A stretch of 64,000 nt of DNA from Phoronis australis (taxonomy: Eukaryota > Animalia > Phoronida): the NCBI GenBank assembly GCA_002633005.1, contig NMRA01000119.1, positions 372,001 through 436,000 on the forward strand, in the 5' to 3' direction. Below the pieces are notes generated by a model that did no database searches, had not been told where the DNA came from, and worked only from the letters and a program-made list of their open reading frames with translations. The position numbers were made by a program, and so were the translations under genes. Shown here in pieces: positions 22,648 through 34,600 of this stretch; within the stretch, counting starts at the first letter, position 1, and each line of letters begins with the position of its first letter.

Positions 22648-25600
22648 ATGGAGCTGTTGGCTGTCGTTTGTTTTCTTTCACTAATTTGTTTTTCATCTAC
22701 TTATAAACTTGGTGAAAAGATCAGAGTGAATCCAGACTATGACTTTGAAGTATGGGGCCAACCACAACAAATTCATCTGTCATATGGAGGTAATTTTTTG
22801 ACAAAAGTTTGCTGCTTTATGACTTTATTTGACACTGGCTACCGAGGTTATACAATTACATTACCTGTGGCTGTGCTGTGGAGGTCGCAAGCGATAGCAT
22901 ATCCTCATAAAAAGTAACTCATCTCAAAATATAGCAAATAACATCGAATGAAACATGAGCATGCCTGTACTGATTTATAATTTACACATACCGTGACTGT
23001 ACAGAGAATTTATTCAACATAGTTTGAACCTCAGATAGACTATATATCTGAGATTGAACATATTCATGAAAATCTGCTGAGGTTCACTCAAGCTTCCCTA
23101 GCCTGGTGTCATTTTGAGGAAGTCACATGAAATCATGCCAGTTACAAACAAAAAGTCTAAGGCGCAGGGACACAAACCTTACTTGTTCCTCCAACTATCC
23201 TCTCATGCTGCTTTTTGCAAGTGTTAGCAGCCAGGTCACATGCTTGTCAAAGTAGTCTTGTTGTCGCCTACTAACTTGCGTGACGTCAATTGAAATACTT
23301 ATGGCTATCACACGTGGTGAAAAACTTAACTGACCAAAAATGTGGAGTTGATTTTTTTGCCAAAATTGTTTTAATTCCTGTAGACTGCATGATTCGTCTA
23401 GGATATATACATAGAACCAAAAAGGATCACTGAAGAAATGAAGTAAACGCTTTTGTAAGTGATAATTTAAGTGTAAAATGTATTTTTGATGAGGTGAAAA
23501 CCTCTTCTCTGGTGTCCAGATTCTGACAGGGCTCGACATAACGAGCTGCAGGTCGCATTTGCCACCTGAAATTTGGAAATGCGAGCTGAGATTTTTGTCA
23601 GCTCGTATAAAGTCGCAAAATGCGACCTGGAATTTCCAACGAATGCGAGCTGAGTTTTTACACTTCTCAACAGATACCCGGCAAATACGAATCAGGTCTT
23701 GTTAATCCGACTGTTATTTGGTTGTTGCCAAATAGAAGTTCAAAAGAACACTAACCGAGAACTGCCCTCCCGATGACTTGTAAGCATGTCGCGTGAACAT
23801 GGGATATACAGAATCGATCTTTGACGCGTTTCATTGGCTAACACTTTCGGNNNNNNNNNNNNNNNNNNNNNNNNNNNNNNNNNNNNNNNNNNNNNNNNNN
23901 NNNNNNNNNNNNNNNNNNNNNNNNNNNNNNNNNNNNNNNNNNNNNNNNNNNNNNNNNNNNNNNNNNNNNNNNNNNNNNNNNNNNNNNNNNNNNNNNNNNN
24001 NNNNNNNNNNNNNNNNNNNNNNNNNNNNNNNNNNNNNNNNNNNNNNNNNNNNNNNNNNNNNNNNNNNNNNNNNNNNNNNNNNNNNNNNNNNNNNNNNNNN
24101 NNNNNNNNNNNNNNNNNNNNNNNNNNNNNNNNNNNNNNNNNNNNNNNNNNNNNNNNNNNNNNNNNNNNNNNNNNNNNNNNNNNNNNNNNNNNNNNNNNNN
24201 NNNNNNNNNNNNNNNNNNNNNNNNNNNNNNNNNNNNNNNNNNNNNNNNNNNNNNNNNNNNNNNNNNNNNNNTGTGTGTCACTTTCATTTTACACAACTTC
24301 AGTTTTCAAAAACGTCTTTTCACAATATGTAAAAACCAAATCCCGGCTTTATTTTATACCTCGGAAAGAAAGTTAACACTAGTGACGTGCGTGTCGTTTT
24401 GCGACTGACCTATTTTTCCCGTACTTGGAGAGTATTGAAGAGCAAACTCGCGATTACCCGAGTTAGTTTGAATCGTTAACGACTTTGATGACGGCCAGTA
24501 GCAGACCAGATCTAACAAAATCCCAGATACTTTTTCAACGGGCATTTTCTCCCTTTTCACATCGCAAATTTAGCTACTCCAATGCACAAGTCAGTTAGAG
24601 AGCACTGATTCAACTTTCACGCCGGCAACTTGCCTTGCGCTCTAGAGTCTTTCAATGGCGGTCGTGAAGAACAGTAAGGCCGTACCTGCATGAATGAAGT
24701 CAATTTTGAGATCCGAAATTTGTGAGTATTTAACGCTGCAGATAAGAGCATAATCTAAACATTTTCTAGATGATCTAAAAAATCTATTTTGGCGCGTAAA
24801 AATGGCGGGAAAATTTTGCGACCTGGCATTTACGAATGCGAGCTGGATTTTGAAAATGCGACCTGGGATTTTGGCTAGGTCGCAAGATGCGACCTGGCGA
24901 TTTGAATAGCGTCGAGCCCTGTCTGACTACAGCCCGTTTAAAGTTCGTGGAGATGACATTGCACAGAAACTGATGGGGATTGTTGTAGTCTTTTGCCCAG
25001 CCAGCCGAGGGGCTACGTATTGCCTACCAAGAATTAGTACTTGTCTTGTCTTAGCAGGTTAAGTTACTGGGCTTCCAATGTCAACCAAATAGCAAGATGG
25101 TGCAAGGTAGATGCTGTATTTTAGACGTGCTTCCAGTGAATCATATGAGCCTCTTTTAGCCACTGGCTAACAAGTAATTGCCTATTAGCTGATAGTTTTA
25201 TCGGGTCGCTGGTTCGATTCCCGACAATTACTACAAAGCCTTACATCACAAGCCCGTGTAACCCAAAAGACGATCTCAGTTATACTGTGTATGCTGTCAA
25301 TTTCAGAGATGATTTTTAGGAAATCAGACATGACAAACAACATGAAAAGCAGCCTGCAAGTTTTTTGGTTGAGATACTATGAATTCTGGAAATTGCAAAT
25401 TTTCAGATCTGCTGTATCTCAAGCTTTCGTCCTTTGGAAGGGTTGCCTATAGAGACTTCTAACTTCCATACAAATGAGAGGTAGTGCTTGACCAATAGGC
25501 AATGGCAAACACAAATACAGCCTTTATGCCTGAAAATTTTCTGCAAATCCTGGCTAAACTATCAAAGTTAAATTACTATATGTACATTGGTAGGTGGGCT

Positions 25601-28600
25601 GTGACCCTATGGGATGTTCACCGTCTGTGCCATCTGCACTGTCCCAATTGAGACAGTAGTGCTGTCTACTTGACCAGCAGGATCACACCAATAATCATGG
25701 TAATTTTTTGATTAACATAGGTTTGATATGCATATTGCCGCATATGAAGGATTTTGGATTGAAACTCTGCATTAAAGACAATATTCTATTTAATTTCCCT
25801 TAATGTCTTTTAGAAAGCCCTTCAGAGATGACTGTCACCTGGGCAACATTGAACTATACTGACGAATCTATTGTGGAGTATGGAATCAATGGCCTTGACA
25901 TGTATACACACGGAAAAATGAGGAACTTCACGGATGGAGGGTCTGAACACAAAATATTTTATGTACATCAGGTGACACTGACTGGCTTGACTCCTGGCCA
26001 AGTTTATAGTAAGTATCGTGCTTAAGACTATGATATTTTCCAGTCATAATTAATATACATATATCGGAGTTTATATTTATTGAACTGTTTTTTTTTGTTA
26101 TTTTAACCATCACCCTCTTGTACTCACGTTGCATTTATTTGGGCAAGTACAATGTTTTTTTAACGTAAATTGCAAAACAGCTCTAAATTGCTAAAAAAAA
26201 TTTGAATCCTAGTTTACACGAACTCAGGCACTGGGACATGTGAATGTTTGTCATCATTCTTCATCCGCTCAAGTTGTATTTACTCGACCATGCAGTTAAA
26301 GAGCAGCAAAAGTTGTATAATTACCTTTAATACAATAGAATGCGCTGCAGCATTGTTTGTTTAATTCATGTTGTTATAACACTGTGTAGCTGCGTGTTAT
26401 CATACTGGACTTTGTGGTTGGTTATAACCAGATATTCTAGGGGAGTGATAATATCTGATAGTTTCAATCAGATTACTCATGGGTTTGGTGGCCAAAGTGG
26501 TGACCTGAAAATTATCCTCAAAGATATTATTGTCTGTAGTGTGGCAGAAATTAACATTAAAATTATAGATAAAGCTGTGTATGAATTTGTTTACTGTGCT
26601 ATGTGTATTTATCGCTTAATTTTTGATGTGTTGACTTGTTTTGAAACATTTCAAATAGAACAAACTAGAATTTCCTCATTTACCCACAGTAGCAATTGAC
26701 AATCTGTAAGACGTCAGCTTCAGGGTAATGGTCTGATGTAACGTGCCTGAATTTTGAGAACCAGTTTTCTACACTAAATAACAGGCATCAAACTGGTTCT
26801 CGAAATACGGGCACGTTATATAAGACTATTGCCAGCTTCAAGGTAGAATGGAACCAGCAGTCCCTGCAGTCGCAAACCGCACTTGCTAAATAGGAGATTA
26901 TTTTTAGCATTATATTTACCTTCTAAGGTCACTGGCCGTGATTTCAGCAAATGTCTGGCAGACCAGCAAGAATTGACAATTTGTAGTAAATTCTGTAAAA
27001 GTGATAGTGTCTTTTATAATTTATGTATTATTTAAACTTTATTAAATGACTGGTTAAAATCTTTGTGAAAGCACTGATGATATTCACGTTACCGTGCAAA
27101 AGAGATAATGTATATAATTAAATTATTGAGAGTATTAAAATAGATAAATAAATTAAGTACTATGTACAATTACATTACTAAATGTGTAAATTGAAAAAAT
27201 ATGGCAAATATTAATGGAAAATAATCGTATACAAAGTGGAGCCAGGAAAAAACAACTAGTTGCAAACAACTACGCTGGTCCATGTACCAAATTTCAATAC
27301 CTCTTTTTAAAGACATAGGCATTGGTCGAGTTTGTAACAGCAGATCCCAGTCTGTTGTATGCTACGGTACCTCTAGAGGCAAATGCAGCAGTTGTTTTTT
27401 TTTCTGACACCAAGCAATCTGTGGTACTCGGTCTTCTCAAATTTACAGAGTGATGCATGTTTGTCAAAAGTAACAAAAATTGAGTTTATATTCACGAAGT
27501 GGATTGTCAAAAAGTACCAACATTTTTTTCTAAGGTAGCGAAACATATCCTAAGAAACATTGTTCCAAAAATCTCGATTTTCCTCTCCCGGTAGTTGATT
27601 TAGACAAACTTTAAAGGCACTTCTGACTCCCATAATAGCACACATTTCACAGGTTTTTGAATATGTTAAAAACAAGAATGTATCTTTTCTAAATAATCAT
27701 TATCTCTTCATAGGATACCACTGTGGAAGCAGTAATGGATGGAGTGAAATATTTGGTTTTCGCGCCATGCCAGCTGGCACTAACTGGAGCCCGAGATTCG
27801 TTGTCTATGGAGACATGGGCTATCAGAATCCACAATCACTACCCAGGATCCAATATGAAACACAGAAGGGAATGTATGATGCTGTGCTGCATGTCGGTGA
27901 CTTGGGGTATAACATGGAATATGTGAGTGTCTGCCCCAGGGATGCTGGGTTAAAGTTGTATTGAATAGTTACGCTTTCAGAAGCAAAAATAATGACTTCA
28001 AACTGAGGTAAGGCATCTTTCAATTGGTTAGTCAACCTTTCCTAAATTTTGTGACGTTAATTAACCACAGGTAATCTCTCCTTTCATTTTGATCACAGCA
28101 CAGAAACCAATTGCTATGGTCGTTGTAAAGGCACTTATGAAACCAGTTTTCCTGTTTCAGGATTCACTGTTTTGGCTATGAATAGGGAAAGGAAAATACA
28201 CTTTTAAGATCTGATTTATTAGTTTTTTATGAAGACATTTTTTGGTGAGCAGTGTTTACTGTGGTTATGTTTAATGCCATGTGCAACATTAGTAAACTGT
28301 ATTATGCCTGTTGTTCTAGCAAAACGGATACATTGGCGACATGTTCCTGAAGGTGATTGAGCCCATCGCAGCGTACATTCCATACATGACCTGTCCAGGC
28401 AATCATGAGTCAGCTTAGTAAGTGTAGCACCTTGTCTACGCAAGCTGCTCTCAATAATTTGTTGTTCCTGAATGAAGTACAAATACAATTTGGTAACTTG
28501 TAGTCAAATAACTCATTAAGAATGGTGTTCTAGAATGCTGGATTTTACTGCAGTTTAAATCATTCTCATTTCTTCAGTATTTAGCTGCCAAAATTGAAAA

Positions 28601-31600
28601 ATGTATCTAGCCACTTTAGCTCGTTAAATCGTGCTCGTCCGTATTGCCTATGACACAAGTCGGAGCATTCGGAAAGAAGCCGAGATTAAATAAGGGTGGT
28701 AATGTTTTAACCCCCAAATGCTTTGGGTAAGGATTATACATTTAGTGGATTTTCACTTTACTTTATTCTAACCAAATGACTGCAATATCATGACTGTCCC
28801 AGTGCAAGAGAAGAGAGGAGACAAGAATCTGGATGCTCTTGCACTATAGATTCAAGAAATTTAGGTTGAAATATATCATTACCAACCAGATTTTTAAAAT
28901 TTTCCACTTGTCTGAAGGTATGTTGATTCGTGCCAAAAATTCAACAGTGAACAAGGACTTACTCTAAAAATGGTAGGATTCCGTGTCTGGGTAGATATTA
29001 AAAGACCAAATTTCTGGACTCAGTTTACTTGAAAAAACTTCAAGGAACTACTGACTACCACTTTTTTGGCAGAGACTTTCTATTTACTCCACAAAATTGC
29101 TGTCAAACCTGACCCACCCCATTTTCTGCAATTTTGGGGGGAATTTCAAAGGCCCAAACCATGACCTTATACCGTAATTACAACTTAAGTCAGAAAATAA
29201 AATTTGGTCTAACGCAACTATTTTTGCAAAATGTTCAAATCTCAGTTGAGCAAATGTGCAGAATCTCTGACAATACACAAAACTGCTAGCTACTGAGATA
29301 ATTTTAATTATCTCAGTAGCTAGCAGTTTGTAAATGTCTGTACAATATTTGCAGACAGTAAAGTGCTCATAATTACTTGGCTGAACCCTTATTCAGCAAT
29401 TGTGAAGTGGGACCAAATTCCTTGTTAGTCACTTTGCATGAAACAGACCCCTAGCTTTCAAGCATTTGTCACATTGTCCGAGACTTTGATCTCCTTAAAT
29501 AGCGTTGTATACAGTTCCATTCTTTCGCATCACCTTCTCATAAATCTTAAGAGTGAGATGGTGCTATAATTGAAGTAATTAATTTTCACATTGAACCGCA
29601 TAGCAAATCGGTTTTGTTAGTTTTAAATAATCTCAAACTCGCCCTGTCCAAATGGACGAAATAAATTAGTTTGATAAGCACATAGTTCTGTATCTGTTAC
29701 CACTAGTGTCATAAACACTCACCACATTGATAACTAATTATGTTTTAGTATAAGACCTTAGTCCAAAGGCATGCAATTGTCTGCCAACATTTGATGTTCT
29801 TGTAGTTTGTCTGGAATACCGTTTCTTCATGGATTTTAGAATAGAAGTTAGAATTTGAAGAGTAGGTCACACTGTCTTGAAGTTGCATCTCAGGATTGAT
29901 TACTGAATGTGCTTCTCTATAAATATGAGTTTGCACCCTAATGATGTCTACACCACTTTCCTTTTGCCACTGATTTTGTTCCTGTTCTGTGTCACCACAG
30001 ACTTTGTGAGGGTTTCATTTGCATTTGGACTCTTACAGCAACTTCACTCATTACCGATACAGATTCAGCATGCCTAAAGCTGGCGGTGATGGACAAAATT
30101 TATGGTATAGGTGAGTGTCTCTTGGTTTAGACAATTTTTGACTACGTCTTGCGAAGCCAAGCTCTCTAGCTCATTATGAATTAACATCATTAGAACAGAA
30201 AGTTTAATATATGACTGCACTGTGTGGATCATGCATTGGTACTGTGTAATTGTGGAATTTGCTGTATTGATGACTCAATTCAAAGCATGAAATAGTCATT
30301 CATCTTGAAGAGTTGGAATTTGATACTAGTCTTGGCATTTAACTGGTGAGTTAAAAGTTCCCGCTACCACTTGCTGCATTATTTGGATCTACCAATTCAA
30401 ATGCATTGTTGTTTTTGGTTGTGTGTTTCGTTGGCGTATACATGTTTTAGTCTTCGTTTATTTCAGCTTTGACATTGGTCCGGCCCACATCATTTCTTTC
30501 TCGACTGAAGTGTACTATTACTCACAATACGGCTGGGAGCTCATTGTTGAACAATACAGGTGGCTGCAACAGGACTTAATGGTAAATACCACTTGACTGA
30601 ACTATACTACCTTTATCTAGTTAGATGGTGCACTGTGCATTGCCAAGCTAAAGTTTGACATGTGTCCCATGCAATTAATGATGAAAAGCGATGGTAATTG
30701 TTGTCTGTTGAATCAAATTTAATTTTTCATTTCCATCAATGTTGTCATAACCAAGAATTTAAGTTACACACGCAACACCGTTTGTGTGGGTGTATTCTAG
30801 TGTTGTTATTTAACTGTAGTTCATCATTGGCTTCTTGACAGTCGTTAGAGTCCTTAGTGCATGAACCAGAGATGGTGCTATGTTATGAAGAGTGTCATTA
30901 GGTTCTCGATGAGAAAGTGTTGATCATCAAAATGTTTTGAATTTAAAAGTTATGTTAATCATTTTAGTGATGTGGTAGACCTTGGAAATATATTGTTTAA
31001 TATAAGTATTTCATTCTCAAGGCTGTTGATATTCTGTGCCCTCAAAGTTGATGTTCTACGTTTTGTAAATTCGGCATTTAATTGTGTGAATGCCTGTTTT
31101 TTTTTCAGAAAGCGAACTTGCCAGAAAACCGATTGAGAAGGCCTTGGATAATTGTGATGGGCCACCATCCCATGTACTGTACGAATAGCAATGATCCCAC
31201 TGTGTGTTTGACTGAGAAAAATGCTGTGAGTTGGGAGTCCATGTAGGCCTTTGCGGTCAAGTGTAGTTTAATTGCTGCCAGTATTTAGTCTGCAGTTTAG
31301 GCTCACCGTTCCAGGTGTTAAGATGGTGAATTCCGCTTTCACTCTGTCATCATGATGGGAAATTCTGTCTGTGCTCAGTTTTCATGATGAATTCCTGGCT
31401 GTTTTTTTGGCATTTTGTCTAACAATGGTTCACCAGATAAAGTTGAGAGTGTTCAGACTAGATTATATACTTTATTGAAATCAGAAGATTTATAATTGAA
31501 ATGCTTTGTTTTGTTCATCTGCATTGTCACAGATTGTAAAATATGGTGTCAGTCCCTTTTTGTGTTTTCTAGACCTGTTGATGGTCCATGTGTGGTATTA

Positions 31601-34600
31601 AAATTTATTTACTTTTAATTACTTTTTAATTTATTCACATTTTCTATTGTATTTTCAACAATTTTTAGTATCCTAAAAATAAACATTTACAAATCTTAGT
31701 TAAACTTGCACAGCCTAATAAGCTGTTACAGATTTTGAAACACAACTGGTGACAATTCACAAGTATTGAAATGGCAGCCTTCTGTCTTTAGGTTCGTGTG
31801 GGGGCGCCACCGCTATACTACTTTGGCTTGGAGGAAATGTTCTACAAGTACGGAGTGGATCTGCAAATTTATGCTCACGAGCATTCATATGAAAGACTAT
31901 GGCCTGTTTACAAACGGACCGTAAGTAACGATAAACATACACAGTGAGGGATCTGTTATGCAGTAGTGAAAGGGGAGTTCAAAGTTTTGTTGTTATTTTT
32001 GTAAAAATAGAATTTGCCTGTCGCCTTTGATGTATTTCTTTGTCGAAGCCACTAAAAACCCATCTGGTTTCAAGTTAGCGTGCATATTATGAAATTGGTC
32101 TTAACTTGTTCCTTACTCAAACCAATAGAACTGGCAATTTGTTTTTCTTGTATTCAGGCTCAACAGGATGGCTTTTCATTTTTTGCACAAAGGATAGTCT
32201 CAACTGGTAAAGAACTGCCGTTAATAACTTCAGGTCTGAGTTAGGAACTAGTTCTGACCAGTTTTATTGCGGTAAATGATCCAAACCAAATATTCGGGTT
32301 TTTGTTTGGCAACGCAGCTTAGTAGCACCTATATTTGTCTTTTCCTAACAGCGGTTAGTTTATAATGGTTGCTTTTGTCTCTGTTTACACATAGCTTAGA
32401 TGCCTGTTTGCTCTTGAGCATGTCATCCTTTTTGCTCATTATGATGGAACACTGAAACACGATGCAGGAAAGTGGAGTATGTTTAGAGTGTATCACTTCA
32501 TGAATGTTGCAATCATGATTAACTTCAGCCTAGGGAACGCGTTGACATGCGATAACTAGTGATGCAAATAATACCAGAAAAGATAGGTTTTCCCTTTAAG
32601 CACTGTGTACTTTGGCTTCAGTTGCCTCGTTTAGACAAAACTCCATTAACATTATTTATGACGGAACTTCCTCTTTCTTCCTTGTGAAGTCTCCCCTTCC
32701 TTACAGAACTCGACCTCTGTTAATGTAAAGAAAGGGGGAGTTTTAGAATGGTGCTTCTAAAGAAGAAAAGACTGCTTTCAAATTTGACATATTTGAAATG
32801 GCATGGGCATGATAAAATTACTAAATTATATCATTTTGTCAAAAATTTCAGATTTGAAAATTATCAAACTGAACACATTTTTGTTTGACTGTTTTGATAG
32901 CTCTTCGTTTTAAAATTTCCTATTTGTTGCTTATATCTTTGTAAGGAATTTACTTTGAAATTGTCACAATAAAACCACACTGAAATTCTTTTCCACGTTT
33001 GCTGCCTAAACCTTTATTATCCCTCTCTGCCTGTTCTTCAGGGTAGTGACAGGTGGTTTATGCAAGTCAGTTATGTAATGGAATTATCAGTTTCTGGCAA
33101 GAGCTGATAACCTGGAGTCAGTTAATACCCTGTCATAATCAGACCACAACAACCCAATTGACATAGCCAGCTCCAATAAAAGACTGCCTGGAAATAGGTG
33201 GCCGCAGGTTGATCACCAAGCTATCCACAGCTGATTATGTACAAGGGGATATCTATGGTTTTAACGTGCATTTTTTTACTTACAAGTATCCTATCATACT
33301 ACCCCAGAAATGATGATAGACTGGTCATGGTGGGTGAATATAGCGAAATGTACAAACACAAGTCTGATATGTCATGGTTGTCTTCTTTGGTTTTTGTTTT
33401 GGTCAATTATAAGTACACTTTGTTCAAATCGAATGTGTCCTTTAGATAACCCTGCACTGTATCGTTTGACCTGCCAACTTGATCCCTTTGCATGAAAATT
33501 TGTGACCTGATCGTGGCAATCGGTGACAAGTAGTTGATCACAAGTTAATTTATCATCGTGTCTGGATGGCTTGTTATAGCCACTTGAGTGATCTCAAGTG
33601 ATCTGGTTTGTGTCCAAAGTGCAACACATGATTATACTAGTATTTTTATCGCAATGGTACTTTGATCAATGGTTAAAAGATATCTTAATTTCTCAGCTCT
33701 TGTTGACATTTATCAGAATAACCTCTTCTACGTGTTGAGATGCACAAGTTGATCAATGTTGAACTCACTTCTGGTGCTAGTCATATAGAAATATTTTGAT
33801 TCTAAGTTTTTGAAATATATAATAATTAATTTCAAGGTACCTAAACTACATGGTCAACGGACTCATAAACACGGGCACGGACACATGAACACGACTCACG
33901 GACCTGCAAACACTGTCCACTGACTCACAAACACTGGAACGGACTCACAAAACACGATCCACGCACCCAAATACAAGGGAAACGAACTCATATTCACGAG
34001 GAAACACGGTTAACGGACCGCCAAACACGGGTCACGGACTCATCGGCTTCCTGGGTCAGCTGACATCTTAATTTTGTCCGTTAACCGTGTTTCCTCGTGA
34101 ATATGACTCCGTGTCCCGTGTATTTGGGTGCGTGGATCGTGTTTAGTGAGTCCGTTCCCGTGTTTTTGAGTCAGTGTACGGTGTTTGCTGGTCCGTGAGT
34201 CGTGTTTATGAGTCCGTTGACCGTGTAGTTTAGGTACCTTGAATTTGTTTGCTTCTCTAAAGTGACTTCAGACACAAATTCATCAGTTACCTGTGGATGT
34301 GGTCATCATACACTGTAGCTGTACCTCCCTTCGTTTTCAGTCGTTTCATTGTATATACCATGTAAATGTTTTGAGTTTGTTTTTAATTCAGTTTGTAAAT
34401 TTAATTTGTAAACTATTCATTTAATTTAATGTAACTTAGTTTAATCTGTCTTATTTTATTTTATTTTATTTGTTGCTTTTAGAGGACGATGCTGTATATT
34501 AGCCTTTGGCTAAAGCATGTTTTTATCCTCTATAAATAAAGATTATTATTATTATTAGTAGTGGTAGTAGTAGTAGTATTATATATTTAATGGAGAATAC

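Noticed and set aside
11051-24376. ORFs containing long X runs
   Set aside because: Artefacts of the two N-gaps.
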